A stretch of DNA of 64,000 nt from Macrostomum lignano (lineage: Eukaryota): NCBI GenBank assembly GCA_002269645.1, contig NIVC01000003.1, positions 186,001-250,000 of the forward strand, written 5' to 3'. Under the pieces are notes generated by a model. It did not search any database. It was not told where the DNA came from and saw only the letters and a list, made by a program, of their open reading frames with translations. A program made the position numbers and the translations under genes. Every line of letters begins with the position of its first letter. Within the stretch, counting starts at the first letter, position 1. Shown here piece after piece: positions 1 to 12,500 of this stretch.

Positions 1-524
1 TTCAGAGGTGCCAACTTCTTCGTCCGAGACGAGTCCCCCGTGCCGGACTCGGGGCCTCGTCTGCAGCACCAGCGCCAGCGGGATCGTCGAGACGACAGCG
101 AAGACAGCGGCAGCGACGGTCAAAGCGAAGGCGACCCGATGGCGTCATCGTCAGAGGCGGCTGCTCTAGCAGCGGCGGCCGCGGTGGGCGCTTCGATGCA
201 GTCAGATGAGCATGAGAATGTCCTGGCGCAGGCGCAGTACCAGGCCAGGCAGACTTTTCCCAGGTAGGAGCAGCGAGACCGCTGACTGGGTGATTCATAG
301 AATGAGTGAGTGACTGACTGACTGACTGACTGACTGACTGACTGACTGACTGACTGACTGACTGACTGACTGACTGACTGACTGACTGACTGACTGACTG
401 ACTGACTGACTTGAGTGAGTGGGTGACTGACTGACTGACTGACTGACTGACTGACTGACTGACTGACTGACTGACTGACTGACTGACTGACTGACTGACT
501 GACTGACTGACTTGAGTGAGTGGG

Positions 525-568
<44 letters not shown>

Positions 569-3500
569 TGACTGACTGACTGACTGACTGACTGACTGAC
601 TGACTGACTGACTGACTGACTGACTGACTGACTGACTGACTGACTGACTGACTGACTGACTGACTGACTGACTGACTGACTGACTGACTGACTGACTGAC
701 TGACTGACTGACTGACTGACTGACTGACTGACTGACTGACTGACTGACTGACTGACTGACTGACTGACTGACTGACTGACTGACTGACTGACTGACTGAC
801 TGACTGACTGACTGACTGACTGACTGACTGACTGACTGACTGACTGACTGACTGAATTATTGAGTGAGTGAGTGAGTGAGTGAGTGAATCCAAAATGAAG
901 CCAAAATAAAATGAGATCAAAACACTGATCGTGGAATCCACTGCAAAAAGAACCAAAACTTCGGCATTTCAGGTTCGTGATTCTCCACTACTCTCCGTTC
1001 AAAGCAGTGTGGGACTGGGTGATCCTCATGCTGGTGCTGTACACCGCGGTGTTCACTCCGTACACGGCGGCATTCTTGCTCAACGAGGACAAGACCAAGA
1101 TGAAACTGAATGAGGTGCAGGTTTTGAATTGAAAGATTTCAGTTTCAGATAGTGTAGATAGCGGATAGATCAGTTCTAGACAACTGATGGATCAGTCCTA
1201 GACAGCTGATAGATCAGTCCTAGACAGCTGATAGATCAGTCCTAGACAGCTGATAGATCAGTCCTAGACAGCTGATAGATCAGTCCTAGACAGCTGATAG
1301 ATCAGTCCTAGACAGCTGATAGATCAGTCCTAGACAGCTGATAGATCAGTCCTAGACAGCTGATGGATCAGTTCTAGACAGCTGATAGATCAGTCCTAGA
1401 CAGCTGATAGATCAGTCCCAGACAGCTGATGGATCAGTCCCAGACAGCTGATAGAACAGTCATAGTCAGCAGATAGACCCAACCCACTTCCAGGACTCGA
1501 AGACTCGCTCCTCCGTGTCGCAGTCAACCACCCGGATCCTCTGGTGATCATTGATCTCATCGTGGACGTCACCTTCATCGCGGACATCCTCATCAACTTC
1601 AGGACAACCTACGTGCACAATGGCGAGGTGATCAGCGACCCGCAGAAGATCGCCCTGAACTACATGAAAGGTGAGCTGACGGTCGGGGGTTCGAATTTCT
1701 CGAACAGAAACAGCTGGTCCTGAGGCAATGAAATGTTGCACTGGAAAGCTGCGTGTTTTGAGCTTTGCTTGAAAATTGTCTTCTTCTGCTGCCCCCTTCT
1801 GCCCCCCCCCCCCGGGTTTCTCTCTCGCAGCCCAAAAGAAACACGAGCGCGGGGAGGAGAGCCGAGGCAGCGCCGGCCATCGACCCGGCCATCGACCCGG
1901 CCATCGACCCGGCCGATTTGTAGTAGAAAATGGGCGCTGCTGCGAAACTCCTCCCCAACAGCTTCGCTCGCTTCAGTCCCGTCCCCTGCGGGCGCGAACT
2001 GCAAACGACTCCAGGGGGGGGGGATTGTGAGCTGGTGAGGGAGCTTGCAGTCTTTTTTTCTACCTTTGTTTCTTCACGTGCCAGCCTGGCTCAGTGAATA
2101 GGATGCTAAGCTCGAGAGTCTGATGAGATGAGGCAGCAAGGTGGTGCTGATGGGGCGGCTGCCCCCAGAGGCCTCGAATCGGCTTGAAAGGCGAGTTTTC
2201 GGGTGAGAGGGCGAGAGAGCGGAGTAGCCGGGCTTGCTGCAGCTGGGCTCCCCACCTGCATCCCCAACTAGTCTGGCGCGTGCCGAAGCAGGGCCAGAGT
2301 GATGTCGAGCGGAGGCTGGGAACCTTAGATGCAGGCATAAGCCCAGCCAGCCCTAGCGGCTCAGCTTCCTCACCTCCCCATCAAGCTGGCAAAGCTCGCG
2401 GGCCGCCCCCGCCCAGCTGTGTAAAGCTCGGGACGGAAGGCGCTCATTAGGAAGCTGCTCAACGAGGGTGAGGCGATAAAGGCGCCTCATCCGCCCAGCT
2501 TCCTGCGGCCTTCTTTCATTGGCGTCCCCAAATTTATTTTTATTTAAACGACGCAAAAAAAGAGTGCGCGGTGGAAAGGCGGCTGCATTTTCGTGGCGCG
2601 AGGTCTCGCAATCGAATCCCGACTCTCGGGGAGGGGGGGGGGGTGAAGCAGCAGAAGCTGCGGGCAGACCGGCCGGGGCTTTGAGCCTCCTTTGTCCTGA
2701 TGTAGCGGCTTTGTGAGATCAGCCGGGAGAAACGAGCCGCGTCTCCTTAGAGCGCCCCGCCTGTTAAACGCGGAAGAGAAACAAAATACGACTCTGCCTC
2801 AGCATGCGAAAATATGTAGCAACACTTTTGCAAATGCGGAACTCAGCGTATCTTTGATTCAGCCTTTAATCAGCCTCTCTGATCCCTCTCCATCTCTGAT
2901 CCCCCATCTATGATTCCTCTCCATCTCTGATCCCTCCCCATCTCAGACCCCTCCCATCCCTCAGATCCCTCTCCTCATCTCAGATCCATCCCCATCCCTC
3001 AGATCCCTCCCCATCCCTCAGATCCCTCCCCATCCCTCAGATCCCTCCCCATCCCCAGATCCCTCCCCATCCCTCAGATCCCTCCCCATCATATCTCTCC
3101 CCATCAGATCCCTCCCCATCCTCTGATCCCTCCCCATCCCTCAGATCTCTCCCCATCAGATCCATCCCCATCCCTCAGATCCCTCCCCATCCCTCAGATC
3201 TCTCCCCATCCCTCAGATCCCTCCCCATCCCTCAGATCCCTCCCCATCCCCAGATCCCTCCCCATCCCTTAGATCCCTCCCCATCATATCTCTCCCCATC
3301 AGATCCCTCCCCATCCTCTGATCCCTCCCCATCCCTCAGATCTCTCCCCATCAGATCCCTCCCCATCCCTCAGATCCCTCCCCATCCCTCAGATCCCTCC
3401 CCATCCCTCAGATCCCTCCCCATCCCTCAGATCCCTCCCCATCCCTCAGATCCCTCCCCATCAGATCCCTCCCCATCCTCTGATCCCTCCCCATCATATC

Positions 3501-6500
3501 TCTCCCCATCAGATCCCTCCCCATCCTCTGATCCCTCCCCATCCCTCAGATCTCTCCCCATCAGATCCCTCCCCATCCCTCAGATCCCTCCCCATCCCTC
3601 AGATCCCTCCCCATCAGATCTCTCCCCATCAGATCCCTCACCATCTCCTTAATCATTCGGTCCCCGATGCCTCCTCAAACTCATTATTCCAACCTTCTAT
3701 CTGTCCAAACTGCACTGAACCCGGAGCATGAGAGAGTCGGCACGCTATGCAGATGCTCAGTGCTCTGAATTGCTTTGTGCAAGCTCTCTCTCTCTTTCTC
3801 TCACTCACTCAGATCTCTTTTCCCTCTGGCCAGCAACAGAGGGGGGCGGGCGGCGAGTTCGGTCCGACCCGATTATCAGCTAATTGACTGGAGCGGCCGA
3901 CCCCTCGCTGCGCTGATCAATATTGGCGCCTCAGGATGACTTCATATGAAAACTGTTGTTGGCGCCGGGCCAGAAGTATTCAAACTGCAGCCCCCTCCAG
4001 CCTGGTTTGAAGCTCACCACTCCCTCTCCCCTTCCTCCTAGTCGGTTAGAACCCATTTTGAGCTGAGCAAATCCCCCCTGCCGAGCTCTCGGAGTTCGTT
4101 TCGCACTTCTCCCCGCCTCCGGTAATCCCGAGCTGCGGAGAGGCGGCATGACGGGCCTCCTGAGCCTCTCCAGAGTTTAGAGATGGGGGATTTGTCAGGG
4201 GATAAACTTTGCCAGGTTCGAGTCAAAGAAGGGAAGAGTGCTCCTTGGGGTGAGGGGGTGGAGGCTGAGCCAGGCCTCTTCAAGAAGAAACTTTCTATTA
4301 TTTTCAAGCAACGCGGGCCGCAGCAGCGCATTTCGGATCCACAGTAACAGTGCAATCGCGCAGCAGCCAGCTGAGGGCTCAGCCGAAACAATGCTGAGGG
4401 GGCTTTCAACTCAGCCCCGATCCCCAATTACCTGCGCGAGAAGTAAATCGCTTTGAGTAATTAAAGCATTAGTGTGAACTGTATATGAAAGCAGGTGTGC
4501 TGCAGGGTGTTCAACAACACGGCAGAGCCAGCAGATGAGTGCCTGCAGTCCTTAATGATGCCCGCGGCCAGTGGAAAGTGAGCCAGGGAGGGGGGGCCGC
4601 AGTCCGATGGTCATCGAGTGTCGCGCCACTCATTAGCAGCTCCTGCAGGCTGACAGACAGACAGGGCGCCTGCGACAAGAGTCCTCCCTGTGCTACATCA
4701 CACAGGGAAAAGTTTCCCTGCAGTGGGAGCTATGCCCTCACTTCCCTTCCCCAATTAATCCGGTGTGAGTTTCGCTCCCCTCTCTCCCACGCCCGGTTGC
4801 TAGGCGCGAGGCGGAAACGAAGTTAAGCCTGGGTTTGGCCTCGGAGGTGGGAAATTCAGATGAGGAGAAATTTAATTTAGCGGATGTAAAATAACCAGAA
4901 TGTCCCCTTGAAAAAGTGTAGGTAAAATGCAGCACTGCGGGATAATTGGAGCTGCGGATCCTAGCCGGGGGCTGCTCTTGGGCACAGGGGGGGGGGAGAG
5001 TTGGAAGTCGGTCGGCCGGTCCTTTGCCTCTGGTTCCTCCAGGGCCGGCGCACAGAGGCAGCATGGCGCCCGTGGCCATTAGGAGGAAGAGGGCGAACTG
5101 CGGGACAAATGGCAACCAAAGTCCTCACAGGTGGAGAAGTGGAGGAACCCCCAGGGGATTTGAGTTACCTTTTGCCGCTCTGCCTCTCCCTGCAAACTCG
5201 AAGCCTTGAGACAAGAAGGACGGGGGGCAGAGTGCGACGTTTGCCCGGAGATCAAGGGGGCGGGGCAATCAGGGCCGGGCGCACTCAGCTCAGTTTTAAC
5301 TAGAGATGCTGTTTTCAGCTGGAAAAGAAAAAGCTCCCCATAGCGGGAAGCTATTAATCAAGGCGAAGTTCACCTTTTTGGGACAGAGGAGTCCTGTGTT
5401 CGATTACCAAGGAAGATGAGAAAGGCTGGAGCTGCAGCTAAAGCTGGAGATGAGGCTCAAGTTGAGGATGAAGCAGAAGCTGGGGATGAGGCTCAAGTTG
5501 AAGATGAAGCAGGAGCTGGGGATGAGGCTCAAGTTTGGGATGAAGCTGGAGCTGGTTATGAAGCAGGAGCTGGGGATGAGGCTCAAGTTGAGGATGAAGC
5601 AGAAGCTGGGGATGAGGCTCAAGTTGAGGATGAAGCAGAAGCTGGAGATGAGGCTCAAGTTGAGGATGAAGCAGAAGCTGGGGATAAGGCTCAAGTTGAG
5701 GATGAAGCAGGAGCTGGGGATGAGGCTCAAGTTGAAGATGAAGCAAGAGCTGGGGATGAGGCTCAAGTTGAGGATGAAGCAGGAGCTGGGGATGAGGCTC
5801 AAGTTGAAGATGAAGCAGGAGCTGGTTATGAAGCAGGAGCTGGGGATGAGGCTCAAGTTGAAGATGAAGCAGGAGCTCGTTATGAAGCAGGAGCTGGGGA
5901 TAAGGCTCAAGTAGGAGATGAGGCTGGAGCTGAGGATAAGACTGGAGCTGAGGATAAAGGCTGAAGCTGGGGATGAGGCTGGAGCTGGGGCTGATGGCAC
6001 CTGGTGTCCCATTTCCAGGCTGGTTCCTCTTGGACGCCATCGCCGCCATCCCATTCGACCTGCTGCTATTCGGCAGCGGCGGCGCCACGGACACGATGAC
6101 CATCACCGGGGTGCTCAAGACCGCCCGTCTGCTGCGGCTGCTCCGAGTGGCCCGCCGAATCGACCAGTACAGCGAATACGGAGCGGCCGTGATGCTGCTG
6201 CTGATGGCCACCTTCACCCTGGTGGCGCACTGGTTCGCCTGCATCTTCTACGCCATCGCCTATGTAGAGCGGGACGGCCTACCCGCCAAGGTTTGATGAG
6301 GCAGTTGTTGGGAGATCTGGGGAAGCTGCGCCATAATCAACTATGGGGGGATTAAACGTGAATCTACCGTGAATCTTGAATCATAAATCTTGGGCGGGAA
6401 AAAGAAGATCAGGGAAATGACAGTTAAGCTTGAGAATCAAGGGAAGTGACAGGCGAGTCAGAGGATCAGGGGAAGTGACAGGTGAGTCAGAAGATCAGGG

Positions 6501-9500
6501 GAAGTGACAGGTAAGTCAGGGGATCAGGGGAAGTGAAAGGTGAGGCAGGGGATCAGGGGAAGTGGCAGGCGAGTCAGAGGATCAGGGGAAGTGACAGGCG
6601 AGTCAGAAGATCAGGGGAAGTGACAGGTGAGTCAGAAGATCAGGGGAAGTGGCAGGTGAGTCAGAAGATCAGGGGAAGTGGCAGGCGAGTCAGAGGATCA
6701 GGGGAAGTGACAGGTGAGTCAGAAGATCAGGGGAAGTGACAGGTGAGTCAGGGGATCAGGGGATGTGAAAGGTGAGGCAGGGGATCAGGGGAAGTGGCAG
6801 GCGAGTCAGAGGATCAGGGGAAGTGACAGGTGAGTCAGGGGATCAGGGGATGTGAAAGGTGAGGCAGGGGATCAGGGGAAGTGGCAGGCGAGTCAGAGGA
6901 TCAGGGAAGTGACAGGCGAGTCAGAAGATCAGGGGAAGTGAAAGGTGAGGCAGGGGATCAGGGGAAGTGAAAGGTGAGGCAGGGGATCAGGGGAAGTGGC
7001 AGGCGAGTCAGAGGATCAGGGGAAGTGACAGGCGAGTCAGAGGATCAGGGGAAGTGACAGGTGAGTCAGAAGATCAGGGGAAGTGACAGGTGAGTTAGAA
7101 GATCAGGGGCAGTGATAGGTGAGTCAGGGGATCAGGGGATGTGAAAGGTGAGGCAGGGGATCAGGGGAAGTGGCAGGCGAGTCAGAAGATCAGGGGAAGT
7201 GACAGGTGAGTCAGAAGATCAGGGGAAGTGACAGGTGAGTCAGGGGATCAGGGGAAGTGAAAGGTGAGGCAGGGGATCAGGGGAAGTGGCAGGCGAGTCA
7301 GAGGATCAGGGGAAGTGACAGGCGAGTCAGAAGATCAGGGGAAGTGACAGGTGAGTCAGAAGATCAGGGGAAGTGGCAGGTGAGTCAGAAGATCAGGGGA
7401 AGTGGCAGGCGAGTCAGAGGATCAGGGGAAGTGACAGGTGAGTCAGAAGATCAGGGGAAGTGACAGGTGAGTCAGGGGATCAGGGGATGTGAAAGGTGAG
7501 GCAGGGGATCAGGGGAAGTGGCAGGCGAGTCAGAGGATCAGGGGAAGTGACAGGTGAGTCAGGGGATCAGGGGATGTGAAAGGTGAGGCAGGGGATCAGG
7601 GGAAGTGGCAGGCGAGTCAGAGGATCAGGGAAGTGACAGGCGAGTCAGAAGATCAGGGGAAGTGAAAGGTGAGGCAGGGGATCAGGGGAAGTGACAGGCG
7701 AGTCAGAAGATCAGGGGAAGTGAAAGGTGAGGCAGGGGATCAGGGGAAGTGAAAGGTGAGTCAGAGGATCAGGGGAAGTGACAGGCGAGTCAGAGGATCA
7801 GGGGAAGTGACAGGTGAGTCAGAAGATCAGGGGAAGTGAAAGGTGAGGCAGGGGATCAGGGGAAGTGAAAGGTGAGGCAGGGGATCAGGGGAAGTGGCAG
7901 GCGAGTCAGAGGATCAGGGGAAGTGACAGGCGAGTCAGAGGATCAGGGGAAGTGACAGGTGAGTCAGAAGATCAGGGGAAGTGACAGGTGAGTTAGAAGA
8001 TCAGGGGCAGTGATAGGTGAGTCAGGGGATCAGGGGAAGTGAAAGGTGAGGCAGGGGATCAGGGGAAGTGGCAGGCGAGTCAGAGGATCAGGGGAAGTGA
8101 CAGGCGAGTCAGAAGATCAGGGGAAGTGACAGGTGAGTCAGAAGATCAGGGGAAGTGGCAGGTGAGTCAGAAGATCAGGGGAAGTGGCAGGCGAGTCAGA
8201 GGATCAGGGGAAGTGACAGGTGAGTCAGAAGATCAGGGGAAGTGACAGGTGAGTCAGGGGATCAGGGGATGTGAAAGGTGAGGCAGGGGATCAGGGGAAG
8301 TGGCAGGCGAGTCAGAGGATCAGGGGAAGTGACAGGTGAGTCAGGGGATCAGGGGATGTGAAAGGTGAGGCAGGGGATCAGGGGAAGTGGCAGGCGAGTC
8401 AGAGGATCAGGGGAAGTGACAGGCGAGTCAGAAGATCAGGGGAAGTGACAGGTGAGTCAGAAGATCAGGGGAAGTGGCAGGTGAGTCAGAAGATCAGGGG
8501 AAGTGGCAGGCGAGTCAGAGGATCAGGGGAAGTGACAGGTGAGTCAGAAGATCAGGGGAAGTGACAGGTGAGTCAGGGGATCAGGGGATGTGAAAGGTGA
8601 GGCAGGGGATCAGGGGAAGTGGCAGGCGAGTCAGAGGATCAGGGGAAGTGACAGGTGAGTCAGGGGATCAGGGGATGTGAAAGGTGAGGCAGGGGATCAG
8701 GGGAAGTGGCAGGCGAGTCAGAGGATCAGGGAAGTGACAGGCGAGTCAGAAGATCAGGGGAAGTGAAAGGTGAGGCAGGGGATCAGGGGAAGTGAAAGGT
8801 GAGGCAGGGGATCAGGGGAAGTGGCAGGCGAGTCAGAGGATCAGGGGAAGTGACAGGCGAGTCAGAGGATCAGGGGAAGTGACAGGTGAGTCAGAAGATC
8901 AGGGGAAGTGACAGGTGAGTTAGAAGATCAGGGGCAGTGATAGGTGAGTCAGGGGATCAGGGGATGTGAAAGGTGAGGCAGGGGATCAGGGGAAGTGGCA
9001 GGCGAGTCAGAAGATCAGGGGAAGTGACAGGTGAGTCAGAAGATCAGGGGAAGTGACAGGTGAGTCAGGGGATCAGGGGAAGTGAAAGGTGAGGCAGGGG
9101 ATCAGGGGAAGTGGCAGGCGAGTCAGAGGATCAGGGGAAGTGACAGGCGAGTCAGAAGATCAGGGGAAGTGACAGGTGAGTCAGAAGATCAGGGGAAGTG
9201 GCAGGTGAGTCAGAAGATCAGGGGAAGTGGCAGGCGAGTCAGAGGATCAGGGGAAGTGACAGGTGAGTCAGAAGATCAGGGGAAGTGACAGGTGAGTCAG
9301 GGGATCAGGGGATGTGAAAGGTGAGGCAGGGGATCAGGGGAAGTGGCAGGCGAGTCAGAGGATCAGGGGAAGTGACAGGTGAGTCAGGGGATCAGGGGAT
9401 GTGAAAGGTGAGGCAGGGGATCAGGGGAAGTGGCAGGCGAGTCAGAGGATCAGGGAAGTGACAGGCGAGTCAGAAGATCAGGGGAAGTGAAAGGTGAGGC

Positions 9501-12500
9501 AGGGGATCAGGGGAAGTGACAGGCGAGTCAGAAGATCAGGGGAAGTGAAAGGTGAGGCAGGGGATCAGGGGAAGTGAAAGGTGAGTCAGAGGATCAGGGG
9601 AAGTGACAGGCGAGTCAGAGGATCAGGGGAAGTGACAGGTGAGTCAGAAGATCAGGGGAAGTGAAAGGTGAGGCAGGGGATCAGGGGAAGTGAAAGGTGA
9701 GGCAGGGGATCAGGGGAAGTGGCAGGCGAGTCAGAGGATCAGGGGAAGTGACAGGCGAGTCAGAGGATCAGGGGAAGTGACAGGTGAGTCAGAAGATCAG
9801 GGGAAGTGACAGGTGAGTTAGAAGATCAGGGGCAGTGATAGGTGAGTCAGGGGATCAGGGGAAGTGAAAGGTGAGGCAGGGGATCAGGGGAAGTGGCAGG
9901 CGAGTCAGAGGATCAGGGGAAGTGACAGGCGAGTCAGAAGATCAGGGGAAGTGACAGGTGAGTCAGAAGATCAGGGGAAGTGGCAGGTGAGTCAGAAGAT
10001 CAGGGGAAGTGGCAGGCGAGTCAGAGGATCAGGGGAAGTGACAGGTGAGTCAGAAGATCAGGGGAAGTGACAGGTGAGTCAGGGGATCAGGGGATGTGAA
10101 AGGTGAGGCAGGGGATCAGGGGAAGTGGCAGGCGAGTCAGAGGATCAGGGGAAGTGACAGGTGAGTCAGGGGATCAGGGGATGTGAAAGGTGAGGCAGGG
10201 GATCAGGGGAAGTGGCAGGCGAGTCAGAGGATCAGGGGAAGTGAAAGGTGAGGCAGGGGATCAGGGGAAGTGACAGGCGAGTCAGAAGATCAGGGGAAGT
10301 GAAAGGTGAGGCAGGGGATCAGGGGAAGTGAAAGGTGAGTCAGAGGATCAGGGGAAGTGACAGGCGAGTCAGAGGATCAGGGGAAGTGACAGGTGAGTCA
10401 GAAGATCAGGGGATGTGAAAGGTGAGGCAGGGGATCAGGGGAAGTGGCAGGCGAGTCAGAGGATCAGGGGAAGTGACAGGCGAGTCAGAGGATCAGGGGA
10501 AGTGACAGGTGAGTCAGAAGATCAGGGGAAGTGACAGGTGAGTTAGAAGATCAGGGGCAGTGATAGGTGAGTCAGGGGATCAGGGGAAGTGAAAGGTGAG
10601 GCAGGGGATCAGGGGAAGTGGCAGGCGAGTCAGAGGATCAGGGGAAGTGACAGGTGAGTCAGAAGATCAGGGGAAGTGACAGGTGAGTCAGAAGATCAGG
10701 GGAAGTGACAGGTGAGTCAGGGGATCAGGGGAAGTGAAAGGTGAGGCAGGGGATCAGGGGAAGTGGCAGGCGAGTCAGAGGATCAGGGGAAGTGACAGGC
10801 GAGTCAGAGGATCAGGGGAAGTGACCGGCGAGTCTGAGGGTTCCTAAAAGAGGGATTCCAATTTGAGAATTTCGAAGATCGACAGGTTAATGACTCATGC
10901 TCTTCCCACGTCGCAGGTTGGCTGGCTGGACCACCTGGCGAAGACGTTCAACAAGCCGTTCCTGGAGAACTCGACCACCGGCATAGTGACCGGAGGGCCC
11001 GACATTCAGAGCAAGTACATCACCGCGCTGTACTTCACCTTCACCTGCCTCACCAGCATCGGGTTCGGCAACGTCAGCCCGAACACAAACGCCGAGAAGA
11101 TCTTCACAATATTCGGCATGCTGATCGGCTCGCTGATGTCCGCCGCCATCTTCGGCAACGTCAGCAGCATCATGCTGCGGATCTATCAGGGCTCTGAAGA
11201 GTTCCACGAGAAGAAGACCAGCATTAAAGAGTTTATCAAGTTTCACAAGATACCCAAAAACCTGGCTCACAGGTTGCAGGAGAGTTTCCAGGTGAGCTGT
11301 GAGCTATTGGTTCTGTGAACCGGTGAGAGAGTGCGCACCGGTGAGAGAGAGTTCACACCGGTGAGAGAGTGCACACCGGTGAGAGAGTGCACACCGGTGA
11401 GAGAGTGCACACCGGTGAGAGAGTTCACACCGGTGAGAGAGTGCACACCGGTGAGAGAGTGCACACCGGTGAGAGAGTGCACATCGGTGAGAGAGTGCAC
11501 ACCGGTGAGAGAGTGCACACCGGTGAGAGAGTGCACACCGGTGAGAGAGTGCACACCGGTGAGAGAGTGCACACCGGTGAGAGAGTGCACATCTGTGAGA
11601 TAGAGTGCACACCTGTGAGATAGAGTGCACACCGGTGAGAGAGTGCACATCGGTGAGAGAGTGCACACCGGTGAGAGAGTGCACACCGGTGAGAGAGTGC
11701 ACACCGGTGAGAGAGTGCACACCGGTGAGAGAGTGCACATCTGTGAGATAGAGTGCACACCTGTGAGATAGAGTGCACACTGGTGAGAGAGTGCACACTG
11801 CTGAGACAGATAGAGAGTGCACACCGGTGAGAGAGTGCACACCGGTGAGAGAGTGCACACCGGTGAGAGAGTGCACAACGGTGAGAGAGTGCACACCAGT
11901 GAAAGTGCACACCGGTGAGAGAGTGCACATCTGTGAGATAGAGTGCACACCAGGGAGAGAGATAGAGAGTGCACACCGGTGAGAGAGTGCACACCAGTGA
12001 AAGTGCACACCGGTGAGAGAGTGCACATCTGTGAGATAGAGTGCACACCAGGGAGAGAGATAGAGAGTGCACACCGGTGAGAGAGTGCACACCGGCCCAC
12101 CTGTTGCAGAACTCCTGGAACTACACTAACGGCCTGGACACAAACGTGGTGCTGAAGACATTCCCTGAGTGTCTGCAGGCCGACATCTGCCTGCACATGA
12201 ACCGGAACCTGCTGAATAATTGCCCAGCGTTCAAAGGAGCCAGTCCGGGATGCCTCAGGGCATTCAGCATGAAGTTCAGGACAACCCACGTGCCACCGGG
12301 TGAGTTTTACGAGCACGATTGGCTTGTGAAAGATGCAGTTAAAGTTCTTTGAGCACTTTTTATATCGCTCCTTGCACTATCGCGAATCAGCTTTCCCCGA
12401 AGTGAATTCCATTTCTCACAATTACAAATGTATGAGTAACCGATCTCGATTGAACCCAACTGCCCGCCAAGGCGACACCCTGGTCCACCCGGGCGACATC

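Noticed and set aside
120-956. 278-aa SQSV ORF and other periodic ORFs (5404-6244, 11267-12316, 29413-29873, 41752-42142, 43545-44126, 45212-45832, 48332-48950, 55188-56252)
   Set aside because: They are translations of tandem repeats lying in introns or intergenic DNA, with no independent coding evidence.
1700-5400. Many short GC-rich ORFs in KCNH intron 3
   Set aside because: No recognisable domains or phase-compatible splice pairs; an alternative promoter or element cannot be supported.
6533-10070. Six identical 68-aa ORFs
   Set aside because: Shadow ORFs of the 29-bp array with GTG starts; useful only as markers of the higher-order repeat.
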